64,000 nucleotides of DNA from a virus (IMGVR_UViG_3300042965_000182:1919-65918), one strand, 5' to 3'. Numbered from the stretch's first letter, positions 1 through 9,825 are shown. The notes: generated by a model not told the origin, from the sequence alone. Translations and numbers: made by a program.

Positions 1-1
1 A

Positions 2-694
2 CTTTGGTTTTATCAAAGAATAGATACTTATGATACTCCTCTACCTCTTGACGAATGGTATCTCAGTTTCGTAGATTTTATTTCTGAATTTGTTTACGAT
101 TATGTCAATAAAAAAGGTGTTAATAAGGTTTTATTTTCAAAGTTAAAGGAGAAAGAAGTTTTACAGCCTGTTGAGAGAAAGAGGCTTGGTTGTGAGGTTA
201 TTGATTATCTTTATAAAGGGACTGGAAAATTCTTAAAGGAAATTATTGATGAGATTGTAAATGAGATGGAAGAAGAAAAAAAGAAAAAGGAAGAAGAAAG
301 AAAAAGGAAAAAGGAAGAAAGAAAAAAGGCAATTGAAGAAGAAGTTGAAATTTTTAGTGATGATGATGAAATTTATGCTTCTAAGGCTTTACTCGCCATT
401 CACTCCATTCGTATTTTCTACTCGGTTAAGGAAAATTATATAAGAGTTTACGGAAAGACTTACGATGCAAAGGAAGAATTCAAGCAGAATAATTTCAGAT
501 GGAACTCTGACAGGAAGTGTTGGGAAACTCAATTTAGTAAAGAAAACATGGAAAAGGCTATCCAGATTGTGAAGAAGTATGACAAAAAGATTGACCCAGT
601 GGAAGCAGGTTATGTCCGATGCTGGGAGTGTGGGAGATGGTTCAAACCTAAAAAAGGAGACTGGGATGGGTTTGGTTGGTATTGTGGTTGTTGA
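2..694 (+). CDS. Hypothetical protein, 5'-truncated by the window edge, with C-terminal Cys cluster (CWEC...WYCGC)
   Basis: The frame of ORF 266..694 is open from base 2, so the gene starts upstream of the window. It contains a YGKTYDAKEEFK...FRWNSDRKCW segment typical of small phage domains. Confidence 0.7.
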   Translation, partial: LWFYQRIDTYDTPLPLDEWYLSFVDFISEFVYDYVNKKGVNKVLFSKLKEKEVLQPVERKRLGCEVIDYLYKGTGKFLKEIIDEIVNEMEEEKKKKEEERKRKKEERKKAIEEEVEIFSDDDEIYASKALLAIHSIRIFYSVKENYIRVYGKTYDAKEEFKQNNFRWNSDRKCWETQFSKENMEKAIQIVKKYDKKIDPVEAGYVRCWECGRWFKPKKGDWDGFGWYCGC

Positions 695-714
695 AAGTTG
701 AAAGGAGGTGTAAA

Positions 715-1038
715 ATGGAAGAACTCAAAAGTAGTGTGTATTTTGTTGCTTTTTTAAATGCATTATTAAAAAAAGACAGAGAACTCAAAGAACTCTTAAG
801 GCAGTTATACCACAAAGCGTTTGAAGAATATAAAGATAGTGTGACGGAAGAAGAAATTGATAGAGCGTTTAAGGAATGGTTTGAAGGTATTGACAGGTAT
901 TATGATAATGTTTTAGAAACAGTTGAAGTATATGACAAAGTTGATGAATTCAAAGCCATACTTGATAAATATGTCCCGCAGGCAGAAAAAGTTATAAGGT
1001 TTATTAATAAATTGACAGGAGGTGTAGAAATGGAATGA
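715..1038 (+). CDS. Hypothetical protein
   Basis: AGGAGGTG RBS precedes the ATG at 715, inside track ORF 676..1038. Confidence 0.7.
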   Translation: MEELKSSVYFVAFLNALLKKDRELKELLRQLYHKAFEEYKDSVTEEEIDRAFKEWFEGIDRYYDNVLETVEVYDKVDEFKAILDKYVPQAEKVIRFINKLTGGVEME

Positions 1039-1041
1039 AAA

Positions 1042-1057
1042 TAGTTTATAATAATAT
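1042..1057 (+). promoter_or_regulatory. Putative promoter motif B, TAGTTTATAATAATAT
   Basis: Identical 16-mer at 63949-63964 and variants at 4766 and 14427, all at gene junctions just upstream of a gene start. Contains TATAAT. Confidence 0.5.
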
Positions 1058-1065
1058 AAGATGAG

Positions 1066-2697
1066 ATGAAACTGAAAAAATTGACAGCAAAAAATTTCCT
1101 TTCGTTTCAAGAATTCTCTCTTTCTTTTGACAATTCTTTTGTTATAGAAGGTATCAATATTGATGAAGGCGGCTCAAATGGTTCTGGTAAATCAGCAATA
1201 ATAGAAGCGATTATTTGGGGTTTATATGGTGAAAATCTAAGAGGAGTAAATCAAGAACAACTTTTAAGATATGGTTCTAATTCTATGTCAGTTTCACTTC
1301 ATTTTGATGATTTTACTTTAACAAGAACTTACAATAAAGAAGGTTCAAATGCTTATATTGTTTACAATTCAAAGAGGATAACAGGTGTTAAAAATGTAAA
1401 CAAGTTTATTGAAGAAAAATTCGGTAAATTTCAGGATTTTATGCTTTTTTCTTGTTTTACTGATAAATACAGGTTTTCAAAATTAACAGAAACAGAAAGG
1501 AAGAAGTTAGTTGAGCGTTTTGTTGACTTAAAAAGGGTTGATGAACTTTTAGAAAAAGTAAAAGAAAAAGAAAACGAAATTAAAAGGGAACTTGACAATT
1601 TTTCAGTAAAGATTAAAATGATTGGTTCGTTTATAGAGCAACAGAAAAAAGAACTTTTAAATGTAAACGAAAAGTTAAAATTGATTGAAGAAGAAAAAAT
1701 TGAAGAAATTGATTTAAATGAATATAACAAACTTCAAAGTTTAAAACAAGAAAAGAAGAATTTAGAGTTAGAGCTTTTAAAGTATAAAAAAGAATTAGAG
1801 AAAATAAAGCAGACAGAACAGGCATTAAAAAAGAAGGTTTGTCCTCTTTGTCAAAGACCTCTTGAAGAAGAAAAACTCAAAGAAATTGAACAGGAGCATT
1901 TAAAACTTGTAAACGAAATAACAAAGCAAAGTGAAAACATAAATAACAGCTTAGAGGTAATAAGTAAGGAAATAGAAAGGTTAAAACATTTAGATAAAAT
2001 TGATATAAAGGAATATTTGAGGAAGTTGGAATTAAAGGGGCAAAAGAAACAATTAGTTGAATACAAAAAGGTTTTAGAGGATACCATTCAGAGAAAAACA
2101 GAAGAACTTAAAAACTATTTAAAAGAAGAGGAAAAATGGAAAAATCTTTATGAAGTAGCAGATTTTTGGAAAAAACAACTTGGTTATAAAGGTGTCAAAA
2201 ACATACTTTTGAAATCATTTTTCAGTTCATTTGAAGAAGTGATAAACTACTATTTAGAGTTTTTTGGTTTTCCGTTTCAGGTTGAATTCCTTTATGATGA
2301 AGAAGAACGCTTTAAGGTTTATCTTGTAAACAGATTTGGCAGAAGGGAACTTGATACATTTTCACAAGGAGAAAAAAGGAAATTTGACATTGCTGTAATT
2401 TTTGCTATTAGAGAACTTTTAAGAGGTAAACAAAATTCAATTGGTTGGCTCTTTTTTGATGAGGTTTTTGATGGGTTAGATATTTCAAGTATTCAAAGGG
2501 TTTTAGAGGTGTTTGATACGCTTGAAGAAAACTTTGTTGTTGTCAGTCATATTTCGGTTCCATTTCCGTTTAAAAAAGTCAAAGTAGAAAAAGTAAATGG
2601 TATTTCAAAGGTTATAGTAGAGACTGCTTCTGATTTACAAATTGATACTAATTCCTTTATAATTAAAAACTTAAAACAAAAAGAGGAGGAATTATGA
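1066..2697 (+). CDS. SbcC/Rad50 (T4 gp46-like) SMC-family ATPase, recombination nuclease subunit
   Basis: Walker A GSNGSGKS, coiled coil with zinc hook CPLC, signature FSQGE, Walker B FFDE, D-loop DGLD, H-loop VVSH. Confidence 0.93.
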   Translation: MKLKKLTAKNFLSFQEFSLSFDNSFVIEGINIDEGGSNGSGKSAIIEAIIWGLYGENLRGVNQEQLLRYGSNSMSVSLHFDDFTLTRTYNKEGSNAYIVYNSKRITGVKNVNKFIEEKFGKFQDFMLFSCFTDKYRFSKLTETERKKLVERFVDLKRVDELLEKVKEKENEIKRELDNFSVKIKMIGSFIEQQKKELLNVNEKLKLIEEEKIEEIDLNEYNKLQSLKQEKKNLELELLKYKKELEKIKQTEQALKKKVCPLCQRPLEEEKLKEIEQEHLKLVNEITKQSENINNSLEVISKEIERLKHLDKIDIKEYLRKLELKGQKKQLVEYKKVLEDTIQRKTEELKNYLKEEEKWKNLYEVADFWKKQLGYKGVKNILLKSFFSSFEEVINYYLEFFGFPFQVEFLYDEEERFKVYLVNRFGRRELDTFSQGEKRKFDIAVIFAIRELLRGKQNSIGWLFFDEVFDGLDISSIQRVLEVFDTLEENFVVVSHISVPFPFKKVKVEKVNGISKVIVETASDLQIDTNSFIIKNLKQKEEEL

Positions 2698-3131
2698 AGT
2701 TAAAGTATATAGCAGTTATTAAGTTAGATGAGGATATTTTAAAAAGATTAAAGACTTTTTTCAAAAAGCAGAAATTAGCAGAGCACGAGCACACGGAAGA
2801 TTATTTTTATGGTTATGTGAATAACAACAAAGTCATTATTAGGATTTCAAAGTATTTTAAAGATTTTCAAAAACCAATTGGATATTTAATTGTAAGGAGA
2901 AAATATTCATTAACAAAGAAAATTTTAAGGGTTGATTATCTTTGGGGTGATTTTATAGCAAAAAAGGAGGTTTTTAACTTTTTTATAAAGGAGGTGAAAG
3001 ATGAAAAAAAGGAGAACAAAGAGGGAAATGGAGGAAATGGAGGAAAAAGCGTTCAAATACCTTCAGTCATTACCGAAGGAGATACAGGAGGGAATATGGA
3101 TGATATTTTATGGGAACACGAAGTTGAATGA
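2694..3131 (+). CDS. Hypothetical protein
   Basis: GAGGAGG RBS and ATGA overlap with the previous stop. The C-terminal tail overlaps the next gene. Confidence 0.6.
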   Translation: MKLKYIAVIKLDEDILKRLKTFFKKQKLAEHEHTEDYFYGYVNNNKVIIRISKYFKDFQKPIGYLIVRRKYSLTKKILRVDYLWGDFIAKKEVFNFFIKEVKDEKKENKEGNGGNGGKSVQIPSVITEGDTGGNMDDILWEHEVE

Positions 3132-3555
3132 ATATATAAGAAATACTGTTTGGTGGTTGCTTTGGGCAAACAATCTTCTCTCTTATTTTGAGGAAGTTTA
3201 CAATAAAGTTCTTTTTACTTGTTTTTGCCGTTATGTAAGATATGTTAAACAGTATAGTCCAGTTTTTTTGGAAAAAGTAGCAATTTATAACGCAAGACAT
3301 GAGACAATTTATGAGATAATAAAATTGAAAAAGATGTCAAGGTTAGAAAGTATTGAAGATTATGAAAATGCTTTTTCTTACACTTATGGAAAACAATTTG
3401 ACGAAATAAAAAGTAAACTTATTGGCAAAGTCTCAAAAAGGGTTTTAAAATTTGTAGAAGATTTGTATAATGTAAACGGAAGATTGGAAAAGGTTAGAAA
3501 TCAATATAAAGATTATAAAAAACTTATAAAGGAGGTGCAAGAAGCATTAGTATGA
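3001..3555 (+). CDS. Hypothetical protein (possibly a transcription-related helical protein)
   Basis: AAGGAGGTG RBS; typical composition; no clear motif. Confidence 0.6.
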   Translation: MKKRRTKREMEEMEEKAFKYLQSLPKEIQEGIWMIFYGNTKLNEYIRNTVWWLLWANNLLSYFEEVYNKVLFTCFCRYVRYVKQYSPVFLEKVAIYNARHETIYEIIKLKKMSRLESIEDYENAFSYTYGKQFDEIKSKLIGKVSKRVLKFVEDLYNVNGRLEKVRNQYKDYKKLIKEVQEALV

Positions 3556-4007
3556 CCTTATTTGTTAAAGGTGATAAATATCTTCCAGTTGTCTTATACC
3601 TTTTTGACAATGTTTCAATCAGGTTATGGATAACGGTTTACGAATTGACATACAAAAAGCAAAACTATGAGTTTTACGCTAAACTTGCGAATACTTCAAA
3701 AAGAATAAAAGATTGTAAAATAGTTTTTAATTTTGAAAGTTTTAACAAAGTGAAAAAGAAAATAAAAGAGGCATTACCTTTTTTAAGAGAGTTTGGTGGT
3801 GAGGTATATCTTATGAAGACAGTGACACTTCACGCAAAAGTTATCATTGCTGATGGGGTTTTACTTGCTGGTTCAACGAATTGGTCTTTAAAATCACTAC
3901 AAGAGAACCTTGAAGCAAATATACTTACAACTGATTTCAATGCTGTTTGGCAGGCAGTAAAATGGTTTAAGGAGGAGGTTTTCCCATTAGCGATAAGGTT
4001 AAAGTAA
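3552..4007 (+). CDS. Phospholipase D (Nuc-like) single-HKD nuclease
   Basis: LHAKVIIADG...GSTNWS...NLE matches HxK(x4)D(x6)GSxN. Confidence 0.85.
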   Translation: MTLFVKGDKYLPVVLYLFDNVSIRLWITVYELTYKKQNYEFYAKLANTSKRIKDCKIVFNFESFNKVKKKIKEALPFLREFGGEVYLMKTVTLHAKVIIADGVLLAGSTNWSLKSLQENLEANILTTDFNAVWQAVKWFKEEVFPLAIRLK

Positions 4008-4768
4008 AACATATAGTTGATGGAACTGTCCTTTGGTATAAAGGAGGAATTTTTGAGGTTTTCCGTTATATTTTTTCACTTTTAAAAAGGTCTTTTGATG
4101 TTGTAGTAGTTTTTGATGTTGGTAGTTCAAGAAAGAAAGGTGTTGTTTCTCAGTATAAGAAAAGAGAGTTAACAGAAAGACAAATTGAGGAAAGACAAAT
4201 CCTTTTTAGGAATTATGACCTTGGAATTAAATTACTTGATTATATAGTTCCCTGTTTATACTATAAAGGATATGAGGGTGATGAATTGATTTACAACTTG
4301 ATTTTTGCTGAAAGATTTCATTTTAACAAGGACTATGAGTATATTATCCATACTGTTGATAGTGATTTGCTTCAACTTGTAAACGATAAGATAAAAGTTT
4401 ATTTGATAAATAAGGAAAAACTTGTAGATGAAAGGAATTTTAAAAAAGTTGTTGGATATGGAAAAGTGGATTTTATTCTATCAAAAGTTTTGTTAGGTGA
4501 TAGTTCTGATAACATACAACCTGTTATAACAAAGAGGGAATGGATAGAATTTAGCAAAGATAAAGAAGAGTTATTTAATTTGTTGTTAAAGGAAAATAAG
4601 TTAGGGTGTTTTGTGAAGAATGTTTATTTGGTTTTCTTTTCAGTAGATGAAAGATTAATAGAGTATATTATAGCAAAATTAAAATCTTGGAGGAAAGATT
4701 ACATTTCTTTTAGAAAGGAAATTGTAAAGAATAAGTTGGAAATGTTGTTGGATTTTTGCTTTATTTAG
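3986..4768 (+). CDS. 5'-3' exonuclease/flap endonuclease (PolA N-terminal / T4 RNase H family), probable ATT start
   Basis: The frame is open from 3971. Motifs: IVDG, VVVFD, QYK, GYEGDELI, TVDSDLLQL, LLGDSSDNI. There is no in-frame ATG/GTG/TTG before 4286, but a strong RBS lies about 7 nt before the ATT at 3986. Confidence 0.8.
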   Translation: MSDKVKVKHIVDGTVLWYKGGIFEVFRYIFSLLKRSFDVVVVFDVGSSRKKGVVSQYKKRELTERQIEERQILFRNYDLGIKLLDYIVPCLYYKGYEGDELIYNLIFAERFHFNKDYEYIIHTVDSDLLQLVNDKIKVYLINKEKLVDERNFKKVVGYGKVDFILSKVLLGDSSDNIQPVITKREWIEFSKDKEELFNLLLKENKLGCFVKNVYLVFFSVDERLIEYIIAKLKSWRKDYISFRKEIVKNKLEMLLDFCFI

Positions 4769-4794
4769 TTTATAAAAAACAAAGGAGGTGAATT

Positions 4795-5304
4795 ATGAAG
4801 GAAAGTGAAAAAATAAGTGAAAAAAGGAAAGTAGTGGTGGCTTTCAGAATGTCTGAGGAAGAATATAAAAAGTTGATGAGGTTAAAGAAAAGTAAAGAAA
4901 CAATTTCAGAATTGCTGAGGAGAATAATATTTGGTGAAAAAAATGAGGAAAAAGATAAAGAGATTGTTAAAGAAAAAGTTATGGGAAAGACAGAAATGGA
5001 AAAAGTTGAAACAGGAATAAAAGAAATGGGTAAAGAAGTAAGGTTTGAAGAAAAACCACAGGTTGAAAATGTGGTGCAGAAAGAAAAAATTGAAGAGCAA
5101 CCACAGGCTGTTGAAACAAAAGAACAAACTGAAACAGGTTCTTCTAATGAAGTAACTCTTACAATTGCTGATAATATAAAAGTGTCTTGTGCAAGTTGTA
5201 AACACATAAGGAATTTGTTTTCTTATTGGAAATGTGAAAAGTATGGTGTTACAATGAATATAGCAGTTGTTTATCGCTGTAAAGACTTTGAACCACGAGA
5301 ATAA
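4795..5304 (+). CDS. Ribbon-helix-helix DNA-binding protein with C-terminal 4-Cys zinc module
   Basis: VVVAFRMSEEEYKKL...TISELLRRII at the N-terminus; CASC...C...C at the C-terminus. Confidence 0.65.
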   Translation: MKESEKISEKRKVVVAFRMSEEEYKKLMRLKKSKETISELLRRIIFGEKNEEKDKEIVKEKVMGKTEMEKVETGIKEMGKEVRFEEKPQVENVVQKEKIEEQPQAVETKEQTETGSSNEVTLTIADNIKVSCASCKHIRNLFSYWKCEKYGVTMNIAVVYRCKDFEPRE

Positions 5305-5812
5305 AAACAATTCTGAATTTTGGTCTGTTGCTGTTATAAAATCAAATAGTGCTTTTCTGATTAAATGGAATTACGAAAGATATTTTAAAAAGATTTTAGA
5401 TGGGCAGATAAAAGAATTTTACATTCCTTACATTGAATATGGTTCAAGAAAATGTTTAATTTTGCCGAATTATCTCTGTTTCAAACTTACTTTTGACTTT
5501 GATTTCAGAATGTGGCAGTTAAAAGAAAGTTTAATTTGTGGATATTTTTTTGAAGATGAAGAAGAAGGCAAATTAGTGAGAATACCTGATGAAGAAATAG
5601 AACGCTTTAAAAGGAATATAGAGTTATACAAAATGAAAAAGGAAAGTTTGTTTTTGGAAGAAAACAATTTTGTCAGGATAAAAGAAGGTGTTTTTATGGG
5701 ATATTTTGGAATTATTAAAAAAATAGACCTTGAAAGAAAAAGGGCATTAGTTCTTTTAGAAAAATTTAATGTTTCACTTTGGATACCTATTCAGTATTTA
5801 GAGTTATTTTAA
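5267..5812 (+). CDS. NusG/RfaH-family transcription elongation or antitermination factor
   Basis: NGN-like ILPNYLCF and RIPDEEIERF; KOW domain VRIKEGVFMGYFGIIKKID. Start codon uncertain. Confidence 0.8.
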   Translation: MFIAVKTLNHENKNNSEFWSVAVIKSNSAFLIKWNYERYFKKILDGQIKEFYIPYIEYGSRKCLILPNYLCFKLTFDFDFRMWQLKESLICGYFFEDEEEGKLVRIPDEEIERFKRNIELYKMKKESLFLEENNFVRIKEGVFMGYFGIIKKIDLERKRALVLLEKFNVSLWIPIQYLELF

Positions 5813-5813
5813 A

Positions 5814-6329
5814 TTGGAAGAAAGATTTATAAAAAATTGTTTGAAGTTAAAGGCATTAAACAACTATGAAAGGTTTGTTCTTCTTTGTATGATTGAGGGT
5901 ATTTCAGCAAGGGCTGCCAGGAAGTATGTTGGTGGTTCTTATCTAAAGTTCTATAAAACAAGAGAACTTTTAAAAGATTTTATTGAATACAGAGTAATTC
6001 TATTAAGAAATAGGAAGTTAATAGATGATTTTTTAAGGAATTGTTTAACCAAACATCAATACAGCGTTTTCAGAAAATTAATGCTTTTTCCTATCAGGAG
6101 AACTAACTATTACGCTAAAATATTTGGTTATAAGGTGAACAATTTTGGTTCTTGCGATGCTTTAGCTCGGTTAATTGAAAGGTGTGTTAAAAGAATAGTA
6201 AAAAGTATCAATAAAAATATAACCGATAATCATTATATATACAGAAGGTTTTTAGAACTTTTTATAAAAATAGCCTTTGATGGTAGATTTAAAAATAAAT
6301 GGAGGAAATACTTAAATGATAAATGGTGA
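5814..6329 (+). CDS. Hypothetical basic protein, possible HTH/sigma-region-4-like regulator
   Basis: LNNYERFV...EGISARAA and LTKHQYSVF...YAKIFG helical patterns. Confidence 0.4.
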   Translation: MEERFIKNCLKLKALNNYERFVLLCMIEGISARAARKYVGGSYLKFYKTRELLKDFIEYRVILLRNRKLIDDFLRNCLTKHQYSVFRKLMLFPIRRTNYYAKIFGYKVNNFGSCDALARLIERCVKRIVKSINKNITDNHYIYRRFLELFIKIAFDGRFKNKWRKYLNDKW

Positions 6330-6894
6330 AAAAATTATAAAGTTAGGGCTTGCACAGGAAGTTTTAGAGTTAAAACAAAGAGGTTGGTCTGCTTTAAAAA
6401 TTTCTCAGTATTTAAAGCAAAAAGGATTTGATATTTCAGACCAAACAATTAGAAATTTTTTAAAATGGCGTAAACGAATGGAAAATGTTAATGAAATGAG
6501 TGGTGAAATTATAAGTGAAGTAGCAACTCGGGCAGTAGATGGACAACCTGTTCCCAGTTCATTTAAAGAATTGGTAAAAGCATTAGAGCATACAAATATG
6601 TTAATAAATACTGTTGATGGAAGCAATGAGTTTACTCAAAAAGAAAAAGTTTTAATTTTAGATAGATTAACAAGGACAAAAAGTTATATTGCTGTTGCTT
6701 TACAAAGATATGTTGACCAATTGGATATTTCAGAGATACTTTATAAACTTTTTACTACTTTACTTGAAGATTTAAAGGTTTTCTTTGAGAAAAATGATAT
6801 TTCAGAGGAAATAGCAAGAGGTATAATTGAAGTTATAAAAAATGTTTATAAAAATTTTGAAACAAAAATTTTGCCTTCTATTCAAAATCAATGA
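6316..6894 (+). CDS. Probable terminase small subunit (N-terminal HTH)
   Basis: HTH-like GWSALKISQYLKQKGFDISDQTIRNF; directly upstream of the large subunit. Confidence 0.6.
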   Translation: MINGEKIIKLGLAQEVLELKQRGWSALKISQYLKQKGFDISDQTIRNFLKWRKRMENVNEMSGEIISEVATRAVDGQPVPSSFKELVKALEHTNMLINTVDGSNEFTQKEKVLILDRLTRTKSYIAVALQRYVDQLDISEILYKLFTTLLEDLKVFFEKNDISEEIARGIIEVIKNVYKNFETKILPSIQNQ

Positions 6895-6930
6895 GTTTAC
6901 AAAAATTCAAAATTTTGAGTAGGGTAAATT

Positions 6931-8727
6931 ATGTTTTTGAATAAGAAGGAAATTAAGTGGGAAGACTATCTTGTCAGTAAACTTTTTACCTTTGAAGAGT
7001 TTTTAGAGAAAGTTCTTAATGAACAATTGGATTATCCTCAGTATTTAGAAGCAAAAAATGTTTTAGTTGACGGTAAAGATGTTTGGTCTTGGAAGAGAGA
7101 CAAAAACCTTTTTGTTTGGCTTTGGGGTAAAAATTCAGGTAAAGGAACAGTTGCTGTTGTTTTAGAACTTTATGCTTTTTATTCACTTATAAATATGTTT
7201 TCACCGCAAAAGTTTTTCGGTATTTTACCAAACGATGAACTTGCTTTTGTAAATGTTGCTTTATCAGGAGACCAATCAAGAGTAAACATTTTTGACAGGA
7301 TAAAAAACAGGTTATTAAAGTCAGAGTATTTTAGACAGAATTATACAATTTTAGAAGCAGGTAAAAGGGTTTCAAATGGTTTAAAAGGAACAATAGAAAT
7401 TTCACAAAAAACAATTACTTTTAAGGAGAAGAACATTAGGATATATTCAGAGCATTCAGAATACGAGCATTGGGAAGGCAAAAATGTAGTGTTTTTTGTA
7501 TTAGATGAGTATTCAGGAGCAAAAAGTCAAGTTGAATTAGAATGGGCAAAAAATGTATTGAATTCGCTTGTTACATCAAACAGGGATTTGCCTTATATAG
7601 GGATAGTGATGTCATATATGAGATTAGACAAAGAGTTTGATGCTACTGCTCAGCTTGTTTCAAGGATAGAAAGGGGTGAAATAGAAAAGGCGTATGCTTC
7701 AACGAGATTTACTTGGGAAATGAGACCGAGCAAGTATCAGGGGGAGTTTTTTATTTATACTGACAAAGAAAATGGTCAAAGTTATTTTGTTCCTGTTGTT
7801 TTAAGACAGCAATTTCAAATAGATGAAGATTCAGCAAGGAGGAAGTATCTTTGTATTAGTGGTAAAAAGGCAGAAATGGAAATTTTCTTTAATTATCCTG
7901 AAAGGGTTTTAGATTGTATAGATGTAAACAGGAAAGGAGCAATTGACTATCAAGAGGAATTTATAAAAGTTCAAGATAGAACTCTATTTAGGTTAAAAAT
8001 TAATTCTGTTAAATTAATACCTGACAGGTTTTATGTTATAGCAATAGATAAAGGTGAAAAGAATTCAGATACAGCTCTTGCTATTGGTTGTAAAGAAAGA
8101 GTTAATATTAATGGTAATTTTCTTGAGAAAGTAGTGATACTTGATACACTTGTTTGGAGACCCTTAAAGGAATTGAATGTAGTTGTTGACACTGATAATG
8201 TAAACGAGGTTCTTTTTGAGATTTTAAAACATTTGCCTAAAAGTCAGGTTCTTATAAGGATAGACCATTGGCAAAGTTCAGATTTAGTTAATAGATGTTT
8301 GAAGCAAGGTTATAAGGCAGTTCAAAAGAATGCTTCAAGAGATGGTTATGAAACTTTAAGGGTTTTAGTTGAGAATATGCTAATTTCATTTCCTGATACA
8401 CAAATAACAAGGCAGGGTTATATTCAGATTAAGTATTTGAAAGAAAAAGCAAGTTCAAAGCCAAGAGTTTCGGTTGGTAAACAGGATATAGTAGATGTTT
8501 GGGCAGAAGTTTGTGAAGAACTTGTTAATTTAAACACTATAAAGATGAGTTTAGGCAAGGTAATTCAAAGACCTTCCCCGTTTACAAATCCTATCAGTCA
8601 AAAGATGAGGTTAGAAGTAGAAAACTTTTTTATAAAACAATTTTCAAAAGTTAATCCTTTCCCTGTTGGAAGGATTATACCAGGTTCTTTATGGATTGAA
8701 AGAATTAAAAGGAGGGTAGGAGAATGA
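6931..8727 (+). CDS. terL: Terminase large subunit
   Basis: Walker A-like WGKNSGKG, Walker B FFVLDE, RNase H-fold nuclease motifs IAIDKG, IDHWQS and KQDIVD. Confidence 0.88.
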   Translation: MFLNKKEIKWEDYLVSKLFTFEEFLEKVLNEQLDYPQYLEAKNVLVDGKDVWSWKRDKNLFVWLWGKNSGKGTVAVVLELYAFYSLINMFSPQKFFGILPNDELAFVNVALSGDQSRVNIFDRIKNRLLKSEYFRQNYTILEAGKRVSNGLKGTIEISQKTITFKEKNIRIYSEHSEYEHWEGKNVVFFVLDEYSGAKSQVELEWAKNVLNSLVTSNRDLPYIGIVMSYMRLDKEFDATAQLVSRIERGEIEKAYASTRFTWEMRPSKYQGEFFIYTDKENGQSYFVPVVLRQQFQIDEDSARRKYLCISGKKAEMEIFFNYPERVLDCIDVNRKGAIDYQEEFIKVQDRTLFRLKINSVKLIPDRFYVIAIDKGEKNSDTALAIGCKERVNINGNFLEKVVILDTLVWRPLKELNVVVDTDNVNEVLFEILKHLPKSQVLIRIDHWQSSDLVNRCLKQGYKAVQKNASRDGYETLRVLVENMLISFPDTQITRQGYIQIKYLKEKASSKPRVSVGKQDIVDVWAEVCEELVNLNTIKMSLGKVIQRPSPFTNPISQKMRLEVENFFIKQFSKVNPFPVGRIIPGSLWIERIKRRVGE

Positions 8728-9017
8728 ACGAAATTTATGGTTTTATAATAGATAACACTTTTTTTATTGGTGAGTTAAAAGAAAAACAAGAAGATGTATA
8801 TGTTTTTACTGATGTTTTTCTTCTTGTTGTGGGTGTTTCACAAAGAGGTCTTGGTTTCAATTTTGTTCCTTTCGCTAAGACAATGTGGGTTTTAAAAGGT
8901 GTTCCAATTTTCTTACCTGAACAGATTATAGTTGATGCTTACAGAAATTCAAGGGTTCAAAAAGCAGGTATTTATCTTGGAACACCTTCTGATTTAGAAA
9001 TCAAAAAGGACAACTGA
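8724..9017 (+). CDS. Hypothetical protein (small beta-rich, Sm-like pattern)
   Basis: RBS and overlap with the terL stop. Confidence 0.55.
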   Translation: MNEIYGFIIDNTFFIGELKEKQEDVYVFTDVFLLVVGVSQRGLGFNFVPFAKTMWVLKGVPIFLPEQIIVDAYRNSRVQKAGIYLGTPSDLEIKKDN

Positions 9018-9018
9018 A

Positions 9019-9402
9019 ATGCTAACGATTAAACAAGGTGATGATTTTATTTTACACTTGGAGTGTTATGATTATGAGACAAACTTGCTTTTTGATTTTA
9101 CACAAACGATTTACAAAGCAAAGTTTACAATTAGAAAATTACCTCATTTAGGTGGTGAATTAGTTTTAACAAGAACTACTGATGACCCTGTTATTCCAAG
9201 ACAACCTTACATAATGATTTTACAAGATACTTCAATAATAGAGGTTTTTATACCTGGTGAAATAACAAGAGAATGGATGGTCGGTGATAACTTATATTTT
9301 GATATTGTTCTTTATGAATACGACGCTCTTGGTAATCTTATTTGGCAAGGGCAGATTTATGTTTCAGATATACTTGTTGATAAAAGAGTTAGTGATGTAT
9401 AA
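9019..9402 (+). CDS. Ig-like/BppU-like virion structural protein
   Basis: LTIKQGDDF start, then AKFTIRK and LYFDIVL, a pattern common in phage baseplate-upper-like proteins. Confidence 0.55.
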   Translation: MLTIKQGDDFILHLECYDYETNLLFDFTQTIYKAKFTIRKLPHLGGELVLTRTTDDPVIPRQPYIMILQDTSIIEVFIPGEITREWMVGDNLYFDIVLYEYDALGNLIWQGQIYVSDILVDKRVSDV

Positions 9403-9403
9403 A

Positions 9404-9423
9404 AAGTATCAATATTTTTATAA
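9404..9423 (+). promoter_or_regulatory. Putative late promoter motif A, AAGTATCAATATTTTTATAA
   Basis: Identical 20-mer at 33369-33388 and a 19/20 copy at 36980-36999. All three are intergenic. Confidence 0.65.
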
Positions 9424-9457
9424 CCAGTTGTTTAAATTTAAATAAGGAGGTTGAAAA

Positions 9458-9823
9458 GTGGTTAGTGATTTAAAGTTAGTTCAAAGAACTTATTTTGATT
9501 TAAAAGTTGAAAATGGTAATTTAGTTCCTGTTTCAGGTTTAGAAATGAAAGAGCAATATGTTTTACTTTTAGTTTACTCCACTTGGAAACCTCTTATAGG
9601 TTATGGTGTTGATATAAGGTCATTTAGAGGTAGCAGGTTAGATTTAGTAAAGCCTGTTATTTTAGACAGGGTAGCAAGGTCAGTAGCATTTATAAACACT
9701 TTTTATCCACTTGAAGCAAGGTTACCAGAGATAAAGAATGTAAAAGTTAATTTTTTGTCAGGTATTTTGAATATTTTGGTTGAGTTTATGGGTATGAAAG
9801 TAGAAATAACTTATGGAGGTTAA
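9458..9823 (+). CDS. Probable gp25/GPW-like sheath-initiator (baseplate wedge) protein
   Basis: DLKVENGNLVPVSGLE...Q...YG pattern; 121 aa. Confidence 0.55.
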   Translation: MVSDLKLVQRTYFDLKVENGNLVPVSGLEMKEQYVLLLVYSTWKPLIGYGVDIRSFRGSRLDLVKPVILDRVARSVAFINTFYPLEARLPEIKNVKVNFLSGILNILVEFMGMKVEITYGG

Positions 9824-9825
9824 AA

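Noticed and set aside
9404-9423. Archaeal host inferred from the TATA-like motif, PvlArgDC and DUF1874
   Set aside because: Both protein families also occur in bacteria, and the bacterial-type NusG, M15-like peptidase and holin/spanin-like genes favour a bacterial host. Not fully excluded.
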